Source: Leucoraja erinacea
Lineage: Eukaryota
Assembly: GCF_028641065.1 (NCBI RefSeq)
Contig: NC_073391.1
Location: 34,782,001 to 34,846,000 of the forward strand
Direction of reading: 5' to 3'
DNA length: 64,000 bases
Below are positions 24,201-35,039 of the stretch, one piece after another; positions within the stretch are counted from its first letter, which is position 1; every line of letters starts with the position of its first letter. Under the pieces are notes generated by a model that worked only from the letters and a program-made list of their open reading frames with translations, did not search any database and had not been told where the DNA came from. Made by a program: the position numbers and the translations under genes.

Positions 24201-27200
24201 ACTTAGTACTCCCTGATCCCTTTAGCCACAAGGGCCACATCTAAGTCTTCTGCTCCGTCTCCCTCTCCATCTCCTTCTCCCTCGCAGTCTCTCTCACTCA
24301 CTCACACACATCCTCTCTCTGCCTACATCTCTGCTGACACAGTTCCCACATTGTGGACTGCCTGAGTGTCACCAACCCACACGCTGCCTGTTCTGGGCAC
24401 GGTGATCTTGCTGCTCTGTGGCCGGTCCTGTGCTCCCCGACTCTCCGCCGCGATATGTGACGGTGTGCAGCTCACTAACGGCACCAACCTTTGCTGGGGG
24501 ACTTGATGGAACCGTCCGTGTGAATCACATCAACGAGCAGGGCGTCGGTGGGATCCAGGCGAACCTCAAGGGGGGTGTTCTGGAAGTACGGGGCAACGGG
24601 ATCCAGCCCTGGGGAGTGTAATCTCGGCATCAGTCCGGTGTCCCCAACTCCAGCCGTGAGTCAAACCACGGCTGAACTAGCAGCATCGCCACCCAGTGCC
24701 ACAAACACAATCCCAGAGGTCAACCCCTTAGCTTATAATATCCCTTTACCACTCTATCAAGCTTACCAATTGGTAGAATAGTCAAATAAGCCATATGTCA
24801 TGCTTGGCTTCACCATCGGTCGGGGCATTAAGAAGTCGTGATGCTGCTTTATAGGACTTTGGTTAAGGCTGCGTTTGGAGTATAGCGTGCAGTTCTGGTC
24901 GGCCCATTACTGGAAGGGTGTGGAGGCTTTGGAGAGGGTGCAGAGGAAATTTACTAGAACGATGCCTGGATTAGATGGTATTAGCTACAGGGAGAGACTT
25001 GGATTGTCTACTCTGGAACATCAGAATTAATTGTCGCAGATGGCTGCAGAGGCCAAGGCATTGAGTATTTTTAAGGCGGAGATTGACAAATTCTTGATTA
25101 GTAAGAGTGTCAAACGTTACGGCGGGAAGGCATGAGAATGTTGTTGAGAGGGGAAAATAGACCAGCCATGACTGAATGGTTTAGCAGACTCAATGGACCG
25201 AATGGCCTGATTCTGCTCCTAACTATGAATTTATGAACTAAAGTGTGTATGATCATCTCCGCGACCAATCCGGTGTGACCTCTCCCACCCTCCGCGCAGA
25301 CTTACAGATGTCTAGGAAGTCCACTCTCCACCCACCCAGACTGTGACCCTCCCGATTCCCCGGGTTGGGGGTGGGGGGAGGGGGGAGGAAGAGACCGTAC
25401 CTGTAATGCGGGCGATGCCCGTCTTCCTCCGGCCTGCCTCCCCGGCCGCATGGGCACCCAGTCCGTGCCCCACCAGGTACACGTCTGACACGGTGTAGTT
25501 GTAGTTACTCTGGTACACACAAGGGCAACACATACGATGAGCTAGCACAGACCCAGGTCAGCAGCGTGACGCACACTGTCAGGGGAGACCAGAGTGTGTA
25601 ACTGAGAAAGATGAAGCGGGGCTAGGATTTGGGATTGATCACTTTAGAGGGGGAATGGACAGTTCTGCCACACACACACACACACACTGCAGAGGCTGGT
25701 TATCTGAAACAGAACAGGACCCGATGAGAAACAAACTGCTTCTGGCACTCTAATGTGACCGCTCCACACACTGTTGTCCCTGTCCCTGTTCCATTACACC
25801 CCACGCTGTAGTACAGACAGACTGGGCCTGTTCATTTACAGTCCAACTGTGTACAGGCAGACACTCCCTGTCCCGTTACACCCCAACTGTTGTACAGCTA
25901 CAGTCCCTGTCCCTTTACAATCCCCGCACTGTTGTCTCAGTCCTGTTACACCCCACACCATTCCTGTTCCGTTAAACTCCGCATACCTGTACACGCACTG
26001 TCCTAGTCCCGTTGCACTCTCCATCGTTGTACAGACACGGTCCAATTACACTCCACACTGCCCCTGTTCCGTTACACCCACATTATTCTCCAGGCAGTCT
26101 GTCCCTGTCCCATTACACCCCACACCCTGCTCTCTGGGGCGTTTTGCTGTGAGCAGCGATGGGCAGTGAGTCACTCGCCTGCAGTGCCTCAAGGAAGTAG
26201 ACGATTTCCGCTCCCACCACGCGGACGTTCTGGGCAGCCTGGCTGAACACACACTGGGAGCCCCCTCGCCAGTCGACCCCCACACAGTTAACGTCGTCCG
26301 CTTGTAGAATCGACTGCAGGGAGAGGAGTGAGAGCACAGGTTCAGTCAGAGCGTCACCATCACTGGGACACCATTGCTAGTGTCACACAATGGCTTTGAA
26401 CTGATTGTACATGAGTCAGCCATTCGGCCCAGCTTTTCCATTCTAGCAATCCAGCTCCAACTCTTCACCTCCCATGTGTACTGACTCACAGCTCACACCT
26501 TGCACAAGCCCATCGCTCACACTTTGCACTGCACGCCACATACTGACTCACAGATCACACCTTGCACTAATCCACACCTTGCACTAAGGGCACTCCTCAC
26601 ATCTTGCACTAATCCACACCTCACAATGTGCACAGACCCACAGCTCACACCTTACACTAGTCCACACCTTGCACAGATCAGCTCACCCTGCACTAATCAA
26701 CACATCACACCTTGCACAGATTCACAGCTCACACCTTGTACTGAGCACGCTTTGCACAGATCCACAGCTCACATTGTGAACTGTGCTCACACCTTGCACA
26801 GATTCACAGCTCACACCTTGCACTGAGCACACGCTTTGCACAGATCCACAGCTCACATCGTGCACTGAGCTCACACCTTGCACATATCCACAGCTCACAT
26901 CCTGCACCGAACTCACACCTTGCACAGATCCACAGTCCATTGCGAGTCACCATTTTCCAAGTACCCGTGGATCACCAGGATTGTCCGGTGCTGGGTATTG
27001 AAGTTTGACACATCGACTGTCTGTGGACTGATCCCACTGATTTCCTGCGTAGAGAACACAAATCAAATGCCCGACCACTACCGCTGTTGCTACCTGGGTC
27101 GGCCGGCTGTAAGGAGGGTGCCGGAGTCCGGGAACGCAGTGGCCTGGCCGGGGTGGAAACTAGCGAGCTGTGCGTAGCTTTAGATTTAGTATTATTATTT

Positions 27201-29779
27201 TCACCAGTACCAAGTTACAGTGAACAGCTTTCTTGCATGCTGCAGAGGGTGGTGGGTGCCTGGAAAGCGCTGCATGAGAGATGGCTGAGGCAGATACCGA
27301 GTGGCGTTTAAGACACTTTTGGATAGGTATGGGTATATGTAGGGAATGGGGGGATATGGATTATGTTCAGGTAGATAAGGTTGATACAGTGGCAGAGTTG
27401 CTGCCTTACAGCGCCAGAGACCTCAGTCCAAGCCTGAAAATTGTCCCTAGTACCATTATCCCCCACTGGGGACAATTTACAATTTCACAGAAGTCAATTA
27501 ACCTATGTCTGTATGTCTTTGGAGAGTGGCAGGAAACCGGAGCACTTGGGAAAAATATCACGTGGTCACAGGGGGGGGAATACAAGCTTCGTACACACAT
27601 CACTCGTAGTCAGGATCGAACCCGGGTCTCTGGCGCTGTCATGCCGCGACTTTACCGCTGCGCCACTGTACAGCCTAATAGGAACCTGAGGGCCATTATT
27701 TTCACACAGCGGGCGGTGGGTGTATGGAAAGAGCTGCCAGAGGAATTAGTTGTGGCAAACACTATAACAATATTTTAAAAGACATTTGGATAGGTATATG
27801 GATAGCTATGGAAGGCAGGTGGGAGTAGTGTAGATGGGGCACGTTGGTCGGCACGGGCACGTTGGGCCGAAGGGTCTGTGTAGATGGGGCACGTTGGTCG
27901 GCATGGGCACGTTGGGCCGAAGGGCCTGTTTCCGTGCTGAGCCATGAGCTGTCTTGTGGAACCAGCACACAGCTTCAGAGGAAGGCGCATTTGGGGGCAG
28001 GAGTCGGATTTAGATGCATCGGCGGTAAAGGGTCGGCGGCGGATGTTGCGAGGAGGGATGGGATGTGATGTGATTCGAGCTTCCCCGTGACCCTCTGCCC
28101 GTCCTCCTGGGGGATGGAGATCCGACTGTACCACACGCCCACCCCATCCCCCGGACCCTGCTCTTCTCCCTCTCCCACCCGGCTGTCCGGGGGGAGGGGG
28201 GTGTTACCTGGAAGTTGTCGGGGTTGAGCCTGGTGTAGAGAAGGAAGCGAGCGGCGATCTGCTCGGGGCTCCAGGGAGCCCTGGTCGTGGGTCTCTCCTG
28301 TATTCCGGTCCACGGGTAACCCACCGGGAAGCAACCCAGCCTCTGGAAGCAGATGGGCTGATCTTCAGCTGCCGGTGGGGAGGAAGGACCCGACTGAATG
28401 TGTAGCGTGTGAGCAAACTTCCCCATGCCAGCCCCGCGGCCAGCACCCGGCCACCGCTTCCGGACACACAGTGCTGGAGCAACTCAGCGGCTAGTCCCAA
28501 CCCCAACCTCACCTCTTCCAGAGACGCTGCCTGACCCGCTAAGTTACTCCAGCACTTTGTTTTGTTCCAGATTCCAGCACCTGCAGTTCCTCACTCTCCG
28601 CGCATACGTTCATAGGTCATTTGAGCAGAATTAGGCCATTCGGCCCATCGAATTACTCTGCCATTCAATTATGGCAGATCTATCTTTCCTTTTCACTCAT
28701 TCTCCTGCCTTCTCGGATAGGCATGGACGAGTTGGGCCGAAGGGCCTGTTTATGTGCCATGACTCCATGATAAGGAACTGTGGATGCTGAAATCTTGAGC
28801 TAAGCACGATGCTGGAGGTCTCAGTGGGTCAGGCAGCATCTGTGGTGAGAATGGACAGACTACATCTCGGCTCAGTCTGAGGAGAGGTCCTGACCCGAAA
28901 CATCGCCCTTCCATTTCCTCCACAGATGCTGCTTGACCCACCGAGTTCCTCAAGCACTTTGTGTTTTACTATTCTATGGAAACTTGTACAATGATATTTA
29001 ATCGAACAATGTAACATCAGTCTGAAGAAGGGTCTCGACCCGAAACGTTAACCATTCCTTCTCTCCAGAGATGCTGCCTGACCCGCTGAGTTACTCCAGC
29101 ATTTTGTGTCTACCTTCGATTTAAACCAGCATCAGCAGTTATTTCCTCCACAATGTACCATCCATTGAGAGTTAAATAAAATATAAAGTCTTCTTCTGCA
29201 GTATAATCTACAGTATAATCAGATTTCCGTTGCCTGTAGACCGCATACCATCGGGACATTGCTGCTGAGAGCCGACTGCCTGCCCCTTTTCCGGGGTTAC
29301 GTCCATGCCCGGCTGGTTTTCGAAAGGGACCATGCGCTGCACACCAGCGCCCTGGGGGGTTTCCGGAAACCGCTGGGCACCGTGGGCGGTGGAATGTATC
29401 CTTAACGAGGAGTGGGAAATAGTTATTTAATATTCAGTATTTAAGAATATATGTTTTACTTTGTATTATGGTGGTGGGTTGTTGGTATTGTTTTGTATTG
29501 TACATATCATTTTTGTAAATAATTGATCACAATTATTTTTAGTTTAAACAAAGAGAGATATTCGTCCCAAAGGCACACACCTCCACTGATAGCAAGAGAC
29601 ACAACGGGATAAAAGGGTTGATAGACACAAAATGCTGGAGTAACTCAGCGGGACAGGAGGCATCTCTGGAGGGAAGGAATGGGAGATGTTTCAGGTCGAG
29701 ACCCTTCTTCAATGTCTCCTGCTCTCTTACCACAAATCCTGGAGAGAAGGAGAGCCACAGGAATCCACAGCCTCAGCAT
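9969..29779 (-). CDS. Pancreatic lipase family protein (PNLIP/PNLIPRP-like), complete, 12 coding exons, 1419 nt = 472 aa; nucleophile Ser replaced by Gly
   Basis: Exons joined in phase: 29731-29779, 28208-28368, 26919-27044, 26179-26313, 25401-25509, 24489-24608, 23284-23403, 20464-20582, 16060-16189, 15108-15219, 13355-13522, 9969-10038. Motifs: signal peptide [71 protein letters not shown]-terminal PLAT domain. Exact paralog not assignable by eye. Confidence 0.95.
10948..12102 (-). mobile_element. CR1 LINE RT domain and 3' end, relatively young
   Basis: [30 protein letters not shown], then the 3' tail. Confidence 0.95.
13355..13522 (-). CDS. Lipase coding exon 11 ([10 protein letters not shown]...[14 protein letters not shown]...)
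   Basis: 168 nt, phase 2-2, PLAT motifs. Confidence 0.94.
13815..14024. mobile_element. Second copy of the palindromic MITE, nested in a SINE
   Basis: Same TIRs; interrupts a SINE head at about 13785-13812 that resumes at about 14033 and 14245. Confidence 0.85.
15108..15219 (-). CDS. Lipase coding exon 10 ([11 protein letters not shown]...HLVTK; PLAT)
   Basis: WRYKV PLAT start; cag / gtaagc. Confidence 0.94.
15270..15910. repeat. G-rich low-complexity tract (GGGGA/GTGGGG-like) in a lipase intron
   Basis: Dozens of G3-G7 runs; source of the long Pro/Gly-rich ORFs. Confidence 0.92.
16060..16189 (-). CDS. Lipase coding exon 9 ([16 protein letters not shown]...[12 protein letters not shown])
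   Basis: 130 nt; cag / gtgagt; conserved Cys pattern. Confidence 0.94.
16430..18262 (+). mobile_element. L2-clade LINE (RT and 3' end), inserted in an older antisense CR1, inside a lipase intron
   Basis: [41 protein letters not shown]; (TAT)n tail; CR1 sequence resumes on both sides. Confidence 0.95.
17149..17344. other. Assembly gap (196 N)
   Basis: Run of N. Confidence 1.
18457..18593 (-). mobile_element. Short retroposon with (GAA)n tail and 11-bp target-site duplication
   Basis: CAACTTTCCAC at 18446-18456 and 18594-18604; minus-strand end GCACGCCACACGAAAGAAGAAGAA. Confidence 0.75.
20464..20582 (-). CDS. Lipase coding exon 8 ([20 protein letters not shown]...KFRA)
   Basis: Catalytic His motif CNHLR; cag / gtaagt. 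Confidence 0.95.
21265..22149 (-). mobile_element. Penelope-like retroelement 3' part (GIY-YIG endonuclease), nested in an L1-like 3' end (21221-22478)
   Basis: [35 protein letters not shown]; 15-bp duplication AGGTAAAACAACAAA at 21250 and 22150. Confidence 0.92.
23284..23403 (-). CDS. Lipase coding exon 7 ([27 protein letters not shown]...GIWE; lid)
   Basis: 120 nt, canonical splice sites, lid start Cys. Confidence 0.95.
23600..24100. repeat. CT/CA-rich low-complexity tract
   Basis: Degenerate (CT)n and (CA)n. Confidence 0.9.
24489..24608 (-). CDS. Lipase coding exon 6 ([32 protein letters not shown])
   Basis: Catalytic Asp exon, 120 nt, canonical splice sites. Confidence 0.95.
25401..25509 (-). 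CDS. Lipase coding exon 5 ([36 protein letters not shown])
   Basis: Nucleophile-elbow exon; cag / gtacgg splice sites. Confidence 0.95.
25770..26130. repeat. Degenerate minisatellite (TCCCTGTCCCGTTACACCCC-like unit)
   Basis: Repeated unit visible by eye. Confidence 0.8.
26179..26313 (-). CDS. Lipase coding exon 4 ([15 protein letters not shown]...YFLEALQ), GC donor
   Basis: 135 nt; donor CAG|gcgagt is required for frame. Confidence 0.9.
26483..26934. repeat. Minisatellite (CAGCTCACACCTTGCACAGATCCA-like) overlapping the lipase exon 3 donor
   Basis: Repeated unit; the last copy is the exon end. Confidence 0.88.
26919..27044 (-). CDS. Lipase coding exon 3 (EISGISPQ...[18 protein letters not shown])
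   Basis: acgcag acceptor; phase-0 donor AAG|gtgtga; beta5-loop HGY motif. Confidence 0.92.
28208..28368 (-). CDS. Lipase coding exon 2 ([14 protein letters not shown]...LNPDNFQ)
   Basis: cag acceptor, gtaac donor, conserved pancreatic lipase N-terminus. Confidence 0.95.
29731..29779 (-). CDS. Lipase coding exon 1 (signal peptide [16 protein letters not shown])
   Basis: ttctccttcag|ATG...TGTG|gtaaga; 49 nt, phase 1 fits next exon. Confidence 0.88.
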
Positions 29780-30484
29780 CTGAAGGAGAAATGGAGCTGT
29801 TTAGTCACAGAGCCACACAGCATGCAAACAGGCCCTGTCGTCCATGCCGACCTAGCTGCTCCATCTCAGCTAGTCCCACCTGCCCTTGTTTGACCAATGT
29901 TAACCTTTATCCTGCATCTGCACACTTTGGACATCTTGATTGTAATGATATACAGTCTTTTCTTTGACTGGATAGCACACAACAAGAAGCTTTTCACTGT
30001 ACTTTGACGCACATGATAATAATGAACTAAACTAAATTAAACTTATTGAGATGCACAAGATCATGACGGGAATGGATAAAGTTCACAGTCTTTCCCCCAC
30101 GATGGTTCACAATCTTTTCCCGATGATAGAGGATTCTAAAACTAAAGGGCACAGGCTTTTTTAAAGAGAGAAGGGGAGAGATTTAAGAGGGACCTCAGGG
30201 GCAACATTTTCACTCGGAGGGTAGTCCGTAACTGGAATGAGCTGCCAGAGGAAGCTATAGAAATGGATACAATTGCGACTTTTAAAATACATTCGGACAG
30301 ATATATGGATAGGAGGGGCTATGGCACAAAAGCAAGCAAATAGGACAAGCCCAGTATGCCAACTTGGTCGGCATGGACAAGGTGGGCCGAAGGGCCTGTT
30401 CCTAGAACTGCTCCACAACTGGGTAAGATAAACTCACGCGTGAGTCAGGGCTGCTGCTCACAGAGACGGGTGATGGAGACTCAC

Positions 30485-30600
30485 CTTTGTCTGTGTAGAG
30501 TGGCGGGCGTGGGTGTGCTGCTCCCCACTGCTCCTTATATCCCCACCCACAGGCGCCGGTGCTGCAGTGTGAGAGGTTCCACAGCTGTACGGTGAGAATG
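30485..30600 (-). promoter_or_regulatory. Putative lipase promoter and short non-coding exon 1
   Basis: Minus strand ATATAAG at 30534-30540, then a short segment ending AAAG|gtgagt (exon boundary 30485); E-box CAGCTG at 30582-30587. Confidence 0.6.
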
Positions 30601-31719
30601 CCAAGCACCCACTACACATGCTGCAACAAGGTCAGCGTACACTGGCGGAGAAAGTAAACCCTGATGTTAACCCCTTCTTCAAATGTGTGTGCGTGTGTGC
30701 GTATGTATGTTTGTGTACATGTATGTGTATGTGTGTACTGTGGCACACACGTGCACTGAGTTCATGTGTGTGTATGTGTGCTTGGGTATGTATGTGCATG
30801 ATCGTATGTGTCTCTGTGTGCGCATGGCTGTGTGTGTGTGTGCGTCTAGGTGTGTGTGAGGGATCAAATTCAGAACAGTACACGACTCTCATCCAAGTCC
30901 CCTGTCAGGGCAATGGAGACACAAGGAACTGCAGATGCTGGAATTTTGATCAAAATACAAAGTGCTGGAGGAATTCAACAGGTCAGGCAGCATCTGTGGT
31001 AGGAAATTGACAGCTGATGTTTTGGGTCGGGACCCTTCTTGACTCTGAACAATAACAACATTTAAATGATATTTGGACGAGTACATGGATAGGAAACGTT
31101 TAGAGGGATTTGGGCCAAATGCTGATAAATTGGACTAGCTTAGATATGGCATTTCGGTCACCATGGGCGAGTTGGGCCACAGGGCCTGTTTCCGTGCTAT
31201 ATGACAGCATGGTTCTTTGGAGAAGCTGAGGTCAGAATAGATCAGCCACACCATAGTGACTGGTGGGCTAGGATCGAGGGCCGAATGGCCTACTGCTGCT
31301 CATTGTGTTCCTGTGCTTGGGTCAGTGTTATGGTGGTGAGTTAATTATTAAAATCACTTGCTTACCTTCAGTAAGATTTTACCAGATCACCAGTGTGGAG
31401 TCTTTCTGTCCTTGCAGACACCTCTACTGTTGTTACCATCTGTGGACCTTGAACGATAAATGAAACCTTGACTCTTTGTAAATTAACTTGAGTCTTATCT
31501 TGAACAAAACACTGCAGCACCTGAGTAAACCAGACCTTCTCTGGAGCGAGGATCTCACCATTCTTGGCAGGGAAGGCGGTTGGCGGGGAGCTGGGACTGA
31601 TTGGGGGGGGGGGGGGGAAGGCACGTACAGTTAGTATGAGCTGAGACATTGCCCGGGCCTGGAGTAATATGCTTCAGGAGTTACAGAGGTTCCCAGTCAC
31701 TGTGTGATGCACCAGATTA

Positions 31720-33840
31720 CCCAAGGTCAATGAGATGCACTGGGCTACCTATCCTTGCAAAAGCAGCCAACATAATCAAAGACACATAATCAACTGTCTC
31801 AACTTTTCTACACCCCTTACCTACTCCAACCTCACCCCCTCTAAACGTACAACCCTCCGAACATTCTGCAGCAACCCTGACATTATAATCCAACCCGCCG
31901 ACAAGGGAGGTGCCGTGGTGGTCTGGCGCGCTGACCTCTACCGGGCTGAGGCTGGGCGACAACTCTAAGACACCTCTTCCTACTTGTCCTAGCACCATGA
32001 TCCCACAGATGAACACTGGGCCTTAATCTCAAACATCATTACTGGTTTCATCACCTGCCTGTGTCTTCCACAGCCTCCAACCTTGTCATTTTCCAGCCCC
32101 GCACAGCCTGTTTTTTCCTTCTCCCCAAAATCCAAACACAACGGACCTGGCAGACCCAGTGTTTCTGCCTGATTCTGTCCCACAGAAATGATTTCCACGC
32201 ACCTCGACTCCATCCTATCCCCCCTGGTCTAATCTCTCCCGACCTATGACCCCGATACCTCACATGCCCTTCGTCTCTTTAATGATTTCCACATTCCGAA
32301 CCCCCATTCCCTCATCTTTACTATGGACATTCAGCCACTCTACAGCTCAATTTCTCACCAGGAAGGCTAAGCCCTCAGTTCCTTCCTCGACTGCAGAACC
32401 ATCCAATTTCCCTCTACTAACACTTTACTCCACCCAGCAGAGCTGGTCCTCACCCTCAACAACTTCTCCTTTGACTCCTACCACTTCCTCCAAGTCCAAG
32501 GAGTAGCTATTGGCACCCGAATAGGCCCCAGCTATGTCTCTACATCAGGTACGTTGAACATCCCTGTTCCAGGCATACACTGGCCCTATCCCCAAACTCC
32601 ATCTCTGTTACATTGATGACTGCATCGGTGTTACCTCCTGCACCCATGCAGAACTCATGGACTTCATCAACTTCACCACCAATTTTCACCCTGCACTCAA
32701 ATTTACTTGGACCATCTCCAACACCTCCCTCCCATTTCTTGATTTCACAATCTCCATCACAAGAAATAGACTATTGACTGATGTCTATTACAAACCCACT
32801 GACTCCCACAACTATCTCAAAAACTACACTTCTTCCCACCGTGCTTCCTGCAAAGACTAAATCCCCTACTCCCAATTCCTCCATCTGCGCTGCATCTGCA
32901 CCCAAGATGATGTGTTCCCTACTTGAACATCCGAGATGTCCTCGTTCTTTAGGGAATGGGGTTCCCCTCTCCCATCACAGATGAGGCCCTCACTCGTGTC
33001 TCCTCAGTACCCCGCAGCTCTGCCCTTGCTCCCCCATCCCCTAGTCACAACAGAGACAGAGTCGCCCTAGTCCTTACCTTCTACCCCATCAGCCGTTTCA
33101 TACAACACATAATCCTTTAAAATGTCCGCCACCTCCAACGGGATCCCACCACCAGCCACATTTTCCCATCTCCACCCCTTTCCGCCTTCTGCAGAGACCG
33201 TTCTGTCCGCAACTTCCTTCCCATCCAAACTACCTCCTCCCCAGACACCTTCTCCTGCAACCGCAGAAGATGCAACACCTGTCGCTATACCTCCTCTCTC
33301 GCCTCTGTCCAAGGACCTCAACAGTCCTTTCACATTAGGCAGAGGTTCGCTTGCACCTCCTCCAACCTCATCTACTGTATCTGGTGTTGAACATATTAGT
33401 TCTCCATCCCATTCCTACACCGACCTTTCTGTCCTCGGTTTCCTTAAATGTCACAGTGAGGCTAAACGCAAATTAGAGGAACAGCATCTTATATTTTGCT
33501 TGGGCAGCTTGCACCCCAGTGGTATGAATATTGATTTGTCTCACTTCAGGTAGCCCCAGCATTCCCTCTCTCCCTATCCCACCCCCACCCAAGTCGCACT
33601 AGCTTCTCATCTTCTCCCTACAAACTGTTTACAATGGCCTGTTCCCTTTATCATTGTTACTTTTTTAGCATATCTTTCATTCATTGTTCCTTAACTCTCC
33701 ACATTACCGTCTACATCTCTCATTTTCTTTATCACGAACCAGTCTGAAGAAGGGTCTCGACCCGAAATGTTACCCATTCCTTCTCTCCAGAGATGCTGCC
33801 TGTCCCGCTGAGTTAATCCAGCTTTTTGTGTCTAACTTCA
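31720..33840 (+). mobile_element. Decayed Penelope-like element (RT and GIY-YIG remnants)
   Basis: [40 protein letters not shown]; terminal repeat with CTGAAGA...GAAA. Confidence 0.92.
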
Positions 33841-34319
33841 TCTTAATCAATGACTTGTCCCACCCCAGTCATTCCTTCTTTTATTGGCTCCCATCTGGTA
33901 GATGCTTTCCCATTGCTCTATTGTACTTGAGTTTGACTTGATAGTATTTAAGTATAGTATTATCTGATCTGATCGGATAACATACAAGATAAAGATCAAG
34001 ATAAAGATTGCCATTATACCTCTGTACATGTGACAATAATAAATCTAAACCTAATTAAAGCAGGTCCCACCTTCCTGCGTTTGTCCCTCTGAACCTTTTC
34101 TATCCACGCATCTGTCCAAATATATTTTAAATGTAGTTATATTATCTACCTCAGCTTCCACCTCTGGCAGTACCCACCACCCTCTGTGTGGAAAAAGTTG
34201 GCACTCAGGTTACTATTAAATCCTACATCTCTCACAATAAACCTATGCCCTCTTGTTCTTCATTTTCCTACCCAGGATCCTTCTCATGGTTCATCCCAAA
34301 CAACTCCGTAACAGAGCAC

Positions 34320-34830
34320 CCTCTCTGACCCTTGGTCTGTTCCCAGGGACACATTCAGAGACGGATATCAAGTGCTGCTTGAAGACCATAAACTCGGTGA
34401 AAAACCTGTTGATCACCCAGCAGAGCGAGATGTCCGTTGGGGAATGTTGCCGACTGGCCCGCCCCAGACATAGAAAATAGGTGCAGGAGTAGGCCATTCG
34501 GGCCTTTGAGCCAGCACCGCCATTCAAAATGCTCGTGGCTGATCAACTAAATTCAGCACCCCGTTTCTGCTTTCCCCCCATATCCCTTGATTTCTTTAGC
34601 AGGCTGCAGGAGTATGTGCTGAGGGACGCATTGAAGTTCGGTGCGGCCAACACTAAGGCTCTGTGGGGGTGGACCACAGTCTTAGGGCCTTAGGCTTCTG
34701 TACATTGAGGGCAGAGTCCGGTGCGTACACCCCTCAAACAAGGGAAGCAAGATCACCCCAGGGGGGGCTATATGAGTGGCAATGGTGTATGTATATAGAT
34801 GTGGGATCCCCTCACACTGTTTTAATTCTG
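34320..34830 (+). mobile_element. L1/Tx1-clade LINE ORF2 C-terminal fragment, interrupted by a CR1 tail (similar 3' ends at about 29270-29520 and 61840-62107)
   Basis: GLFPGTHSETDIKCC..INSVK, LQEYVLRDALKFG-like peptides. Confidence 0.6.
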
Positions 34831-35039
34831 AAGAAGGGTCTCGATCCGAAATGTCACCCATTTCTTCTCTCCAGAGATTTTGCCTGCCCCGCTGAGTTAC
34901 TCCAGCATTTTGTATCTATCCTCTGTTTGAATTACTAAGCTCTGGTTCTGTGCAGGGAATTATTTGGTACTTTCTCCGAGTTCTTTCCATGACTAATATT
35001 GTCCATGCGCCTTTAATTGATGTCTGCCCTAACTGTCGC

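Noticed and set aside
26483-26934. CRISPR-like array or Cys/Thr repeat protein (also 54995-55265 and 37455-37730)
   Set aside because: Degenerate tandem units without unique spacers, vertebrate intronic context, no cas genes.
31361-31450. Alternative upstream lipase exon (GAAG|gtaagc at 31366)
   Set aside because: Only a donor-like motif; the TATA-linked exon at 30485 explains the 5' end more simply.
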